Below, piece by piece: positions 1 through 9,116 of a DNA stretch of 29,285 nt (position 1 is its first letter; every line of letters begins with the position of its first letter). The translations under genes were made by a program, and so were the position numbers. The stretch comes from a virus. Lineage: Duplodnaviria > Caudoviricetes. The DNA is taken from IMG/VR virus record IMGVR_UViG_3300032239_000669, positions 1 to 29,285 of that record. One strand, 5' to 3'. The notes below the pieces were generated by a model. The model did not search any database, was not told where the DNA came from, and saw only the letters and a program-made list of their open reading frames with translations.

Positions 1-348
1 CAGCCTAAGTACGATCCAGTGACTGGCAAGATCATCGGCACGACAACTCCAGCAGCCAATATCGGCGATGCGATTAGTTCTGGGTGGAATGCGATAAAAC
101 AGTACATCCCAAGTTTGAATACCGACACAAGCGGTTATGGCGGAGCATCCGTAAGTTCAAATGGCTCAGGAGGCGCTACGGGCTCTGGAACAGACTATGG
201 TTCTGGAACTTACTATCCTCCGGGCACTGGCGCTATAGGTTCTGGAACAGATTATGGTAACTCCGCCAATGTCAATGACCCACTTGCATACGCCGATGTC
301 AATATGGGGCTTGACCCAAATGATCCAAATTATTGGAACATAGCCTGA
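1..348 (+). CDS. 3' part of a Gly/Ser-rich virion-module protein (truncated by window start)
   Basis: Frame is open from base 1 to TGA at 346-348. Contains a duplicated GSGTDYG peptide (181-201, 238-258) and lies directly upstream of the putative ejection genes. Confidence 0.6.
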   Translation, partial: QPKYDPVTGKIIGTTTPAANIGDAISSGWNAIKQYIPSLNTDTSGYGGASVSSNGSGGATGSGTDYGSGTYYPPGTGAIGSGTDYGNSANVNDPLAYADVNMGLDPNDPNYWNIA

Positions 349-362
349 TAAGGAAATAAACC

Positions 363-2417
363 ATGGCTAAAGAAATCACAGGCGGTCTTGCATTTGCGGA
401 CCCAGCAAAGATCAATCCCTATGGCGCAAATGAGGAAGACCTGTCCGAGTACCAGCAATCGCTTCAGGACAGCGTTAATGCGCTCCAGATGCGTTATGCC
501 CAGCCCAACTGGTTCAATGTTGCTGCGGGCTTTTTTAAGCCCCAGTTGGGCGGCTTTGCGGCTTCCTTGGGCAGCGCATCGCAAGCCATGGGCGAGAATT
601 TAGAAAAGCAACGTGAATCGCAATTGCCTATCGCGCAGATGCGCAGCCAACTTGCCATGTCCAAAATTGCCATGGGGCAAAACAAAACGGCTGCGGACAT
701 GGAAGCAGCCCGGTTACTCAAGGGTGACCCGCTAACCCAAGGATACGTGTCCAAATTGGTGAACCTTGCTCCGAATTCAGCAGCGGCGCAAGGCGCAGTA
801 GCCGAGTTAAAAACTCAACGCGAACAGCAAGCTCTTACCGTCCAACAACGCGCTACGGAACTTTCAGAGATAGCCGCGCAAAGAACAAGCAACGCAGGTT
901 TGTTGAGGGATTCGGTCATAGATGGAGCGGAATACGCTAAACGCGAAAGAGAGCTCGATGATCGTCTGCATAGTTTGCCCGGTATTTCACCTGAATCTCC
1001 GCCAAAAGCCGCGCCACCAGTTCCGCCTGAGCTTCTATCCCGTAACGCGCCACCATATTCTGGCGCTGAAACCGCCACGGCTGCTGGCGCAGCAGCGCCT
1101 GCTGCTGGTGCCATTGCACCTGCTGCTGGTGCCATTGCGCCTGCCGCCGGTGCTACCGCGCCTGCCGCCGGTGCTACCGCGCCTGCCGCCGGTGCTGCCG
1201 TTGAAAAAACCAAAATTACAACTTTGCCAAGCGGCGCACGAGTTGATGACGTTGGGATGGAGTTGGCTAAAGCCGGAATCCCTATTCTCAGCCAATACCG
1301 CACCCCGGAAGACCAAGAGAATTTACGAAAAACTGGTTACCAGAAAAACGGTAAATGGTTTACGAAAGAAGGACACCCCATCGGGGATGATAGTTTGCAC
1401 TTTACGGGCGACGCACTTGACGTAGGCAAAATAACTGAAGACCAGAAAAAACTGTTGGTTGAAAAAGGCTGGAAACAAGGCAGTGGAATAGAAGCCAATC
1501 ATTGGACGCGTCCGCGCACCGTTGCTGCGGCCCCCGCTGCTGCTGCGGCCCCCGCTGCTGCTGCTGCTGCGGCCCCCGCTGCGGCTGCTGCGGCTAAAGC
1601 TGATGCGGTTAAATCTCGGCAGGCCATCATGGATGCGCCGATCACGCCTACGCACACGTTGCAGCAACCTGCACCTAACATGAGTCAAGCAGCAAAAGAA
1701 CAATTGGCTCAAAAAAATACGGTAATTACTGCGCAAGCAGCCGCCGCAGAAGCGCCCGCATATAAAGACTACCAAGACTCACAAACGCTTTTGAATAAAG
1801 GTCTGGATAAATCCGCCAGCAGTACGTTCAATCAATTGGACGACTTTTACAAAAACCATTCAAACGATCTTGATGACATATCCAATCTATTAAGGAAAAA
1901 AGGCGGGGCGCTAGGAACATTGCTACAGAATGGTGTTGGCATCAACATCATGGGTTACGGCGCGCGTGTGGATTTGAATGTGCTGGCCACCCTTAAAAAC
2001 ACTTTGCCTGATAAATTACAACCCATATTTGACCAATACATACAAAAATTGGCAGGCGCTGCATACTATGGGTTGTTGGGCCAAGGGGTTAATTTAACGG
2101 CGTTGAGCAAGGACGAACAAAAATCCCAACTGGCCAATTACATAGCCCAAAATTTTGATACGGAAAAAACACCAGAAGCCCAGTATGCTTCGGTGAAGCA
2201 GGCGCGGATAGATTTTGAGCACAAGTACGCGTTAGCCAATGCATGGCAACACACGTACAGAAAAGCACAAGCTGCGGGCAGCCTTGCGCCAGCATACGAC
2301 GCCCAACAGCATCCGTTGTTTGAATTGGAAAATAGTCTTTACGAAGCAAAATTGCAAAAAGAACGCGAGAGAGTAGCCGCAATAAATAATGCCTTGACCA
2401 AGAAGAAAGGTCCGTAA
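363..2417 (+). CDS. Putative internal virion/ejection protein with peptidase M15 (peptidoglycan hydrolase) domain
   Basis: 684 aa with AGGA RBS. Helical Q/A-rich ends. Central S-x-YR..Q, SLHFTGDALD (1392-1421) and EANH (1491-1502) match the M15 SxHxxGxAxD...ExxH Zn motif. Flanked by Ala/Pro linkers. Confidence 0.75.
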   Translation: MAKEITGGLAFADPAKINPYGANEEDLSEYQQSLQDSVNALQMRYAQPNWFNVAAGFFKPQLGGFAASLGSASQAMGENLEKQRESQLPIAQMRSQLAMSKIAMGQNKTAADMEAARLLKGDPLTQGYVSKLVNLAPNSAAAQGAVAELKTQREQQALTVQQRATELSEIAAQRTSNAGLLRDSVIDGAEYAKRERELDDRLHSLPGISPESPPKAAPPVPPELLSRNAPPYSGAETATAAGAAAPAAGAIAPAAGAIAPAAGATAPAAGATAPAAGAAVEKTKITTLPSGARVDDVGMELAKAGIPILSQYRTPEDQENLRKTGYQKNGKWFTKEGHPIGDDSLHFTGDALDVGKITEDQKKLLVEKGWKQGSGIEANHWTRPRTVAAAPAAAAAPAAAAAAAPAAAAAAKADAVKSRQAIMDAPITPTHTLQQPAPNMSQAAKEQLAQKNTVITAQAAAAEAPAYKDYQDSQTLLNKGLDKSASSTFNQLDDFYKNHSNDLDDISNLLRKKGGALGTLLQNGVGINIMGYGARVDLNVLATLKNTLPDKLQPIFDQYIQKLAGAAYYGLLGQGVNLTALSKDEQKSQLANYIAQNFDTEKTPEAQYASVKQARIDFEHKYALANAWQHTYRKAQAAGSLAPAYDAQQHPLFELENSLYEAKLQKERERVAAINNALTKKKGP
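1095..1199 (+). repeat. 5 x 21-bp coding tandem repeat (APAAGA[I/T/A])
   Basis: Units gcgcctgctgctggtgccatt / gcgcctgccgccggtgctacc read directly, in frame with the 684-aa ORF. Confidence 0.95.
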
Positions 2418-2419
2418 AA

Positions 2420-3907
2420 ATGACGCCTGAAGAAAAAGCAGCACTAGCAGCACACATGCAAGTTGTCATTGCGGCAGAAGCTGGTGAGCCGGTAGCTACC
2501 TCGTCAAATACTGCGCCAGCCGCTTCCGAAATTTCCGAGCAAGCTGGCGATACCGATGCCGATGCCGCTATAGCGAGTTTGGTTAAAAAACGTGGGGAGA
2601 AAGAAACCAATACTCAGCCCGCCTACGATAGCCGCAGCAATTTTGAAAAAGTTGTTGATTACACGTCGGGTTTGCTTCCGCCAGATATGTCGCAAGCTGG
2701 CAAAAATGTTGCAAAATCTGCAGGCGCGGTCGCCACTGGCATGATGTTGAAACGTGGGATTGCAGGCGCGTACCCCGAACTGGTGTACGGCACGCCGGAA
2801 TACGAACAAGCGCAACAGACTGCCGCTGCGGCAAAAAATGCTCCGTTCACTGAAGGCCAAAGAAAATACGAAGATTATTTAAGGAGCGTGGACGCCGCAC
2901 AAAATAAGGCCGCGCAAGCTCAAGCACAAGTAGCAGCGGTTCAGCCAGACCTGCAAAACCATCTGCAAGAACAACAAGCTCACGCCGCTCAAGCCCAGCG
3001 TTTGCAAGCTGATATGGACAGTCTTCGGCAAAACCATGAAGCCATAACTCAGCAGTTAACCAATGCCGAGCTAGAACACGAATTTCACAAAACGCGTAAT
3101 GCTGATGTGGAATTTAATAAGCTCAAAGATCGTCCGTACTACGGCCCAAATAACAGAACTTGGACCACTTCAAATGAAGCAAGCGCAGCGAATGCCGCAC
3201 GCAATCGTCAAGCAACATCTGTTCTAGGGTCTTTGGGCTTAAATCCTGATGAGCAAATAGCAAAAGCTCCGGGCATGAGCGCGACTGAGAGCGGGGTGTT
3301 AGCTCCGAGCGAAGTAGTCAATGAACAGGCGCAGCAAAAACAAACAATCATCGACGACATAGCCGCAAGCCAAGATGCTGCGAAGAAAAAAATAGACGCG
3401 CTAAAAACGCAAAAAGAAAACGTCCTAGCAAAGATCAAAGATCAAAGAACTGCGCTTTCTGAGCACGCAAGAGCCGCGCCCAAACTTCCGGCAATAGTTG
3501 ATAGCGCGCAAAACGCCGCTAGAGCCGCAGACACGGAGTACCAACGACTACTCGCAGCGCATCCTGCGCCGCCCACACCCGCCCCGCCACCTAGCGGGGT
3601 AAGTAAGTATTTGAATTCTGGGAATTTGGCTCGGCTAGGAAGGTTTGGTTCAAGATTCATACCCGGAGTAGGCGCTATGGCCGCGCCGCATGAAGCTGAA
3701 CAAGCCCTAGAAGATTACCGCAAAGGGAACTATGGGCGCATGGTTGCACACGGTTTAGGCACGGCAGGTGCGCTGGCGCAAGCCACCGGCAATCCTATAG
3801 CCATGGGGCTTGGCGACATCGCGCAACTGCCATCTGTTGCCTATGGGGCGTACGATTTATTCTCCCACCCCGAAGCTCCCGCCGGTGGATTACCGGGACC
3901 AAAATAG
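2420..3907 (+). CDS. Putative internal virion/ejection protein (coiled coil, Gly/Ala-rich hydrophobic C-terminus)
   Basis: 495 aa, starts 2 nt after the previous stop. Last gene of the rightward virion block, convergent with the replication block. Confidence 0.6.
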   Translation: MTPEEKAALAAHMQVVIAAEAGEPVATSSNTAPAASEISEQAGDTDADAAIASLVKKRGEKETNTQPAYDSRSNFEKVVDYTSGLLPPDMSQAGKNVAKSAGAVATGMMLKRGIAGAYPELVYGTPEYEQAQQTAAAAKNAPFTEGQRKYEDYLRSVDAAQNKAAQAQAQVAAVQPDLQNHLQEQQAHAAQAQRLQADMDSLRQNHEAITQQLTNAELEHEFHKTRNADVEFNKLKDRPYYGPNNRTWTTSNEASAANAARNRQATSVLGSLGLNPDEQIAKAPGMSATESGVLAPSEVVNEQAQQKQTIIDDIAASQDAAKKKIDALKTQKENVLAKIKDQRTALSEHARAAPKLPAIVDSAQNAARAADTEYQRLLAAHPAPPTPAPPPSGVSKYLNSGNLARLGRFGSRFIPGVGAMAAPHEAEQALEDYRKGNYGRMVAHGLGTAGALAQATGNPIAMGLGDIAQLPSVAYGAYDLFSHPEAPAGGLPGPK

Positions 3908-3973
3908 CCCAAGAAAAACCACGAAGGCGATCCAGACAAGTAGGCTCTTTGCCACGTATTTAAGCAAGGGCAT
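3890..3973 (-). CDS. Small membrane peptide (27 aa, MPLLKYVAKSLLVWIAFVVFLGLFWSR)
   Basis: GGAG RBS 7 nt upstream, TGATG stop/start overlap with the upstream gene, single hydrophobic stretch. Below the ORF-track cutoff. Confidence 0.45.
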   Translation of the reverse strand: MPLLKYVAKSLLVWIAFVVFLGLFWSR

Positions 3974-4197
3974 CACATCACTCCACGCTTCTCGCTGAGG
4001 GCTCGGGCCACCTCGGTATTCAACGACCGCACGAACTTAATGCACTCCGCACGTTCGGCGCGGGCGTACTTCAGCGCCACTTCTTTTTCCACCGCCGCGC
4101 ACAGCTCATAGATGTCCACGTCGTCGGCGTACAGCCCGTCCTTGTCGAGCATGTCGCAGCTCAAAAATACCTTGCGCATTTCCTCTTTTGAAAGCAT
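3973..4197 (-). CDS. Hypothetical phage protein (74 aa)
   Basis: GGAG RBS upstream of ATG. Contains an 'AERAECIK' helix similar to 17977..18231. Confidence 0.7.
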   Translation of the reverse strand: MLSKEEMRKVFLSCDMLDKDGLYADDVDIYELCAAVEKEVALKYARAERAECIKFVRSLNTEVARALSEKRGVM

Positions 4198-4209
4198 GCT
4201 TTTCTCCGG

Positions 4210-4237
4210 TTGATGTAACTAAAGGTTAGATTATAAT
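4210..4237 (+). promoter_or_regulatory. Sigma70-type promoter for the Cro-like gene (probably leaderless)
   Basis: TTGATG (4210-15), 16-bp spacer containing TAAC-N5-GTTA, TATAAT (4232-37). ATG lies 6 nt downstream with no SD. Confidence 0.6.
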
Positions 4238-4243
4238 GCGGGC

Positions 4244-4444
4244 ATGACCCTCGCCGAATACTTTAAGACCGATGTCCGTGGTGCGAAGGCCGAGATGGCC
4301 GAGTACCTTGGCATCACTAAAACTTGGATGGCCCTGCTGATCGCAAAGCGCCGCCAGCCTTCGCCTGCGCTGGCGGTGGCCATAGAGAAGGCTACCGCTG
4401 GGCTGGTAACCCGGCAAGAGCTTCGCCCTGACCTGTTCGCTTGA
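4244..4444 (+). CDS. Cro/YdaS-like HTH transcriptional regulator
   Basis: 66 aa. KAEMAEYLGITKTWMALL HTH and the typical 'IEKATAGLVTRQELRPDLF' tail. Confidence 0.85.
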   Translation: MTLAEYFKTDVRGAKAEMAEYLGITKTWMALLIAKRRQPSPALAVAIEKATAGLVTRQELRPDLFA

Positions 4445-4449
4445 CCTGT

Positions 4450-5940
4450 TCACGCCACGCGGACAGCAGGACCTTGTTGTCCTCCATCAGCCGCTTGTTC
4501 TCGTCTACCAATTGACGGGCTATTTCCTCCAGCCCCTCGCGGCTCCACTGCGTAAAGTCTACCTTTGGCATTTGTCTTCCTTTTCTTCATTGCGTCCAAT
4601 AAAACATCCTGCACCCGGCGCTTGGTAGTCAAGCGCTCCAGCACCAGCTCGTCTACGGTGTTGCGGGCGATGATCCGGTGGATGAACACCGGGCGGTCGT
4701 AGCCCGCCTGTAGCTGGCGCGTGGGGCCGATCCGCTCGATTATCTGCAGGTGCTCTTCGAGGTTCCAGTTGGGCGAGAAGAACACCAGTATGTTGCCGCC
4801 GTCCTGCAGGTTCAGGCCGTGGCCAGCGCTTGCCGGGTGGGCAAACATGACCGGTATCTTGCCCGCATTCCAGTCCACGATGGTGGACGGGTTCTTGTCC
4901 AGATGCCTGCCCTGCGGAAACGCCTTCAGCAGCCGCGCAAGGTCGCTTTTGAAGTTGTAGGCCACCAGCACCGGCATGCCCGCCGCCTCTTCTATGATGG
5001 ACTCCAGCGCCTCCAGCTTGACCTTGTGGGTCTCCTTCCACTTGCCGGTGTCGTCGGTGTAGGCCGCGCCAGCGGCAAGCTGCAGGCACTTGACGGTCTT
5101 GGCGGCGGCGTTGAACGCCTCCAGTTCGATGCCCTCCAGCTCGGTGTACATCGCGTCCTCCATCTCCTTGTAGTGCTTGCGCGCCTTGGGCGGCAGGTCC
5201 ACCATGATGTTGTTGACGATGGGCTCCCGCAGGTCAAACCAGTCGGCCGCGTCGATGGTCAGGCAGACGTCGCGCAGCTTGTCTTGGATCTCGTTCTGGG
5301 CACCCGGCAGCGGTATCTTGCTGAAGCCGTCGTAGCCGGTGCGGAACCAGCGCTGGTCGAACGCGGAGAACGTGCGCCCCAGCCGTGTCCCGGCGTCCAC
5401 AAACCACGCCTGACCCCACAGGTCCTTCAGGCCGTTGCTGGCCGGTGTGCCGGTCAGCTCAATCAGCCGGGTGATGCGGGTATGGGCGATGGAGCCCAGC
5501 GCTTGTGCGCGCTTGCCGCCTTGCCGCAGCCGGAATGACTTGACCTTGGTGGACTCGTCCAGCACCACGGTCTTGTAGGGCCACCTGTCGCCCCAGTACG
5601 CCACCAGCCAGACCAGTTGCTCGTAGTTGGTGGTGTAGATGTAGGCCGGGGAGCGGATCGCCTGTATGCGCTCCTTCTCCGTGCCCGTGATGACCGAGAC
5701 GTTGACATCCTTCAGGTGGGACCATTTCAGGACCTCTGCGGGCCATGTGGTGGTCGCCACGCGCAGCGGGGCCACGATGAGCACCGGGCCGTCCTCGACC
5801 AGTTGCAGGCCGTCCAGCGCCGTAAGGGTGGCCACCGTCTTGCCTGTGCCCATGCCAGCCCACACCGCGCAGCGCGGCGTGTCGATGATGTGGTCGATGA
5901 TCAGATGCTGGTAAGGCCGGGGTATGAATTCTGTTCTCAT
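4450..5940 (-). CDS. SNF2-family (SF2) helicase
   Basis: Walker A GMGTGKT, VLDES, LTGTP, HPASAGHGLNLQ and ERIG motifs. APSE-like context. Confidence 0.92.
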   Translation of the reverse strand: MRTEFIPRPYQHLIIDHIIDTPRCAVWAGMGTGKTVATLTALDGLQLVEDGPVLIVAPLRVATTTWPAEVLKWSHLKDVNVSVITGTEKERIQAIRSPAYIYTTNYEQLVWLVAYWGDRWPYKTVVLDESTKVKSFRLRQGGKRAQALGSIAHTRITRLIELTGTPASNGLKDLWGQAWFVDAGTRLGRTFSAFDQRWFRTGYDGFSKIPLPGAQNEIQDKLRDVCLTIDAADWFDLREPIVNNIMVDLPPKARKHYKEMEDAMYTELEGIELEAFNAAAKTVKCLQLAAGAAYTDDTGKWKETHKVKLEALESIIEEAAGMPVLVAYNFKSDLARLLKAFPQGRHLDKNPSTIVDWNAGKIPVMFAHPASAGHGLNLQDGGNILVFFSPNWNLEEHLQIIERIGPTRQLQAGYDRPVFIHRIIARNTVDELVLERLTTKRRVQDVLLDAMKKRKTNAKGRLYAVEPRGAGGNSPSIGRREQAADGGQQGPAVRVA

Positions 5941-6206
5941 GCTATTAGGTTGTCCACAGCTTCGTAGGAATCAATGACTTCCACCAGCTCACCCAACTTG
6001 CGCATGCGGTTGTGTTCGCGTATCTGGTGGGGCTCTGGCTTCTTGCCGGGTGCCTTCAGCTCAATCCAGATGGGCATCCGGTTGGGCAGCATGACCCGGC
6101 GGTCCGGTGCGCCGACGTGGCCGACCCACTGGGCCTTGCGTATCTGGCCGCCGACGTCCTTGACGCGCTTGACGAGGTACTTCTCAATGTCCGATTCTTT
6201 GGTCAT
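5937..6206 (-). CDS. VRR-NUC domain nuclease
   Basis: ESDIE...GAPDR...IELKAPG...Q PD-(D/E)xK pattern, located between polymerase and helicase. Confidence 0.9.
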   Translation of the reverse strand: MTKESDIEKYLVKRVKDVGGQIRKAQWVGHVGAPDRRVMLPNRMPIWIELKAPGKKPEPHQIREHNRMRKLGELVEVIDSYEAVDNLIA

Positions 6207-6379
6207 TCTTTGGCCTCAAGCAGCATTTCCAAGCCGGTTATGCGTTCTTCCGCTTCGGACAAATCGTCTTGCGTTTCCTCCAGCGCGGCCCGCGTGTAAA
6301 TGGCGATGGCCAACAACGCGGCCCGCTCGGTGTCGCCGTTGATGTAGGCGATGCGTTCTGCTTCTTCTGGTGAAATCAT
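6203..6379 (-). CDS. Hypothetical coiled-coil protein (58 aa, MISPEEAER...)
   Basis: ATG 1 nt after the polymerase stop with AAGGA upstream. Stop overlaps the VRR-NUC start. Confidence 0.65.
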   Translation of the reverse strand: MISPEEAERIAYINGDTERAALLAIAIYTRAALEETQDDLSEAEERITGLEMLLEAKE

Positions 6380-6380
6380 G

Positions 6381-8438
6381 TCAGTCCTTTCTGTATCGGT
6401 ATGTCTCAAACCCCGCAGCCGCAAGCGGCATGTCGGGTGCCCAGTCCGGGTTCGTGGCCAGCAACGATGACAGGTGGTCGGCGTTGAACTCCGGTTGGTC
6501 GGGGGCCTCGGCGATGATCTCGTCATGCACCGTCAGCACTATCTGGTAGCCCGCCTCTTCGATGCGGGGCATGTTGGCGGCCATCACGTCGCGGGCGACG
6601 GCTTGGCACAGGTTCTCGAACAGCTTGCCGCCGTGCGTGCTGATCCGCGTCCACTTGCGCGTGAACTGGTCCACGCCCATGTAGGTGACCGCGCCGTCCA
6701 CCAGCTTGGGGTGCGGGTACACCAGCGACCGGCCTGACGGCAACACGATCCGCAGCCAGCTCGTGCTGGTGATCTTCAGCCCCAGCGCGGAGACGGTCTT
6801 GCCCCGGTTGTTTATGGCCTGCACGACCGCGTTCTTGAGCTGCGCCCAGTAGCTGGTAATGTTAGGGTGCGCCTCGCGCCACGCCCGCTTGAGCACGTCG
6901 CAGGCCACGAAGGCATCATCGGACAGCCCGTAGCGTGGGCGCTTCTCCTTGACCACGAAGCCAAAGTAGTTGTCGGCCGCGTTCACCAGCTCCCGTGGGG
7001 CGTTCTCCAGCACCTTGTCGGCCAGCTCGTCGAGGTTGATGCCGTAGACCCCTGCGAAGGTTGCAAAGGCTCCCACGCCGCCCTCGTAGCCCAGCGCCAG
7101 CTCCTGCACCTTGCCGACCTGCCGCTGGTCCTTGGTGACCTTGTCAGGGGTCGTGCCGAAGGACTTGCTGTAGGCCAGCTTGTACAGGTCTGGGCCTATG
7201 CCTTCATCGAACTCGCGGAAGGCTTGCAGCTTCCATTCCTCATTGGCCAGCCATGCCTGATCGCGGCCCTCGATGTTGGACAGGTCGGCCACCACCAGCT
7301 TCTTGCCGCGCGGGGCGATGATGCAGCTACGGATTGCCGAACTGGCCAGCTCCATGACGTTATCGGTGGTCAGGTGCGCGCACCCGGCCAGCATGGCCTC
7401 GATGCCCGCGTCGATGGCGTCCTGCTTGAGCGACGGCCGGGGCAGGTTCTGCGGCTGGAAGAGCCGCCCAGCCCAGCGCCCGGTACGCGCCGCGCCGTTG
7501 AACTGCAGGAGCCCACGTAGGCGCTTGTCCGCGCTGGTGCCGCGTGCCAGCACCCTGTACTTGGCCGTGCTGGTGGAGCTGGCCTGCAAGCGCACGCGCA
7601 GCAGCTCCTTGAGCCCCGGGTCCACGTCCATGGCCAGCGTCTTCTCCACCGTGGCCATCTGCAGGTCGGGCATGTCCACTGCGTAATTCTCAAGTATGTG
7701 CAAGCGCAGCGCTGCGCCTTGCGTAGTATTAGCAACGCGGCCGTCGGTCATTGCCAACGACTGCGCGGTCAGGTCGCCCTGCGCCCGGTCCACGGCGCGG
7801 ATGGCCGCATGCACCAGATCCATGTCGATGGCCACGCCCCGGTCGTTGATGCGCTGGTCGAGCTGCCACAGCGCCATCTCGGGCAGGTACATCGTGTTGT
7901 ACGCGGGCATGCGTGTCATGACCTCGCGCATGGCCTCAATGTCGGATGCGGCGTATGCCTTGAAGCGTTCCCATTCGGCCGGATGCGTGTCGCGGGTGGC
8001 GCGGGCAATCTTGCGGTTCATGCCTTGGGGCTTGCAGAACAGGTTGATCAGCCGCTTGCCGTCCTTATCCTTGGCCTTGTCGGCTGGCAGCCCCAGCACC
8101 TCGCAGAGCATGCCCAGCGAGGCCGGTAGGCCGTGGCTCAGGGCCTGCACCATGGTGTCGTGGATGCGCGTGGTGGGGATGTCTAGGCCCCATGCGTGCC
8201 GCAGCACTGTACGGTCGAAATGGCTGTTGTGGATAACGATCAGGACTTTAGGGTCGCGCAGGCATGCGTCCAGTTCTTCCGGCGGCTTCTCAAACAATGT
8301 GACGTCGCATACCTGCACGGCGTCGTTGTCCACCGCCCACGCTACCAGCAGGATCGCTGCGTCGGCGGCGTAGGCGTGGGTGCCGTGCGCAATTGGGGTC
8401 TTGGAGTAGGTCTCCAAGTCCAAGTACAGCGTGGTCAT
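6381..8438 (-). CDS. Phage DNA polymerase, family A (3'-5' exonuclease + polymerase)
   Basis: ExoI DLET, ExoII HNSHFD, TGRW, motif A ADLSNIEGR, motif B RQVGKVQELALGY, motif C VHDE. Confidence 0.96.
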   Translation of the reverse strand: MTTLYLDLETYSKTPIAHGTHAYAADAAILLVAWAVDNDAVQVCDVTLFEKPPEELDACLRDPKVLIVIHNSHFDRTVLRHAWGLDIPTTRIHDTMVQALSHGLPASLGMLCEVLGLPADKAKDKDGKRLINLFCKPQGMNRKIARATRDTHPAEWERFKAYAASDIEAMREVMTRMPAYNTMYLPEMALWQLDQRINDRGVAIDMDLVHAAIRAVDRAQGDLTAQSLAMTDGRVANTTQGAALRLHILENYAVDMPDLQMATVEKTLAMDVDPGLKELLRVRLQASSTSTAKYRVLARGTSADKRLRGLLQFNGAARTGRWAGRLFQPQNLPRPSLKQDAIDAGIEAMLAGCAHLTTDNVMELASSAIRSCIIAPRGKKLVVADLSNIEGRDQAWLANEEWKLQAFREFDEGIGPDLYKLAYSKSFGTTPDKVTKDQRQVGKVQELALGYEGGVGAFATFAGVYGINLDELADKVLENAPRELVNAADNYFGFVVKEKRPRYGLSDDAFVACDVLKRAWREAHPNITSYWAQLKNAVVQAINNRGKTVSALGLKITSTSWLRIVLPSGRSLVYPHPKLVDGAVTYMGVDQFTRKWTRISTHGGKLFENLCQAVARDVMAANMPRIEEAGYQIVLTVHDEIIAEAPDQPEFNADHLSSLLATNPDWAPDMPLAAAGFETYRYRKD

Positions 8439-8441
8439 AAA

Positions 8442-8651
8442 TCAGCGCCGGTGTGGATTTGCTGGTTGCAATGTAGGCGGCGGGGTGCTTGCGATACGGA
8501 TGGCGTCGATGAGCTCTTTCATGCCCTCGTTCAAGGATTCGGACTGGTAGACCCGGCCAATTAGATCGGGGTTTTTCTTCGCGTAGCCTTCGCCCAAAAC
8601 AATGTCGATGGCTTCGACAACGTCCCATATTTGATTTTTCATGTGGCTCAT
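8442..8651 (-). CDS. Hypothetical phage protein (MSHMKNQIW...)
   Basis: Start reassigned to the ATG following GGAGATACACAT. Contains 'IDIVLGEGYAKKNPDLIG'. Confidence 0.65.
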   Translation of the reverse strand: MSHMKNQIWDVVEAIDIVLGEGYAKKNPDLIGRVYQSESLNEGMKELIDAIRIASTPPPTLQPANPHRR

Positions 8652-8670
8652 ATGTGTATCTCCAATGTGC

Positions 8671-9018
8671 CTAAATAAGGTCTTCAAGACGTAAATAAAT
8701 CATGCTGCGCCATTGCGTGACGACAGGCATGTGGTTGTGTGCTTGGGTGGGCTCAACTTTTCCCAGCGGGTGAATCCAGCCAAGGCTTTTCAAAGCCCTG
8801 ACACCAGATACCCATACGTTGGGGTGAAGTTCGCTTGGCCGGTACAGCTTCTTCTGCGTGCAATATTCCCGAAACTCATCTCCAAGCACCACGGGCTTTT
8901 GCATAAGCAATTGTTCCGCACAAGCTAGGTAGCCTTCCACAAATTCTGGTGCGGTTCCGTATGCTTTCTCCCAGCACTTGCTTGCAAGGGCCATGGCGTT
9001 TTGCATTCGTTCTGACAT
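8671..9018 (-). CDS. Hypothetical phage protein (possible winged helix)
   Basis: Start placed at MSERMQ because the upstream in-frame part overlaps a structured RNA candidate. Lower GC than its neighbours. Confidence 0.6.
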   Translation of the reverse strand: MSERMQNAMALASKCWEKAYGTAPEFVEGYLACAEQLLMQKPVVLGDEFREYCTQKKLYRPSELHPNVWVSGVRALKSLGWIHPLGKVEPTQAHNHMPVVTQWRSMIYLRLEDLI

Positions 9019-9046
9019 ATGCGTCTTTGATGTGTATGTAAAAGGC

Positions 9047-9110
9047 GGGGGTACTCGCTGCACTGGTGCAATTGCCTTGCGTACGCGATGCCAGCATCCG
9101 CTTTCCCCCC
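9047..9110 (-). ncRNA. Candidate structured RNA with E-loop (GAA/AGUA)
   Basis: GGGGG-AAA-GC-GGAU-GCUGG...CCAGU-GCA-GC-GAGUA-CCCCC nested pairing, immediately after the SSB stop. Confidence 0.5.
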
Positions 9111-9116
9111 TATTCA

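Noticed and set aside
1890-1915. RKKGGAL in the 684-aa protein as another GG tag
   Set aside because: It lacks the downstream V/A-E/K pattern and lies inside a helical region, so it was not counted.
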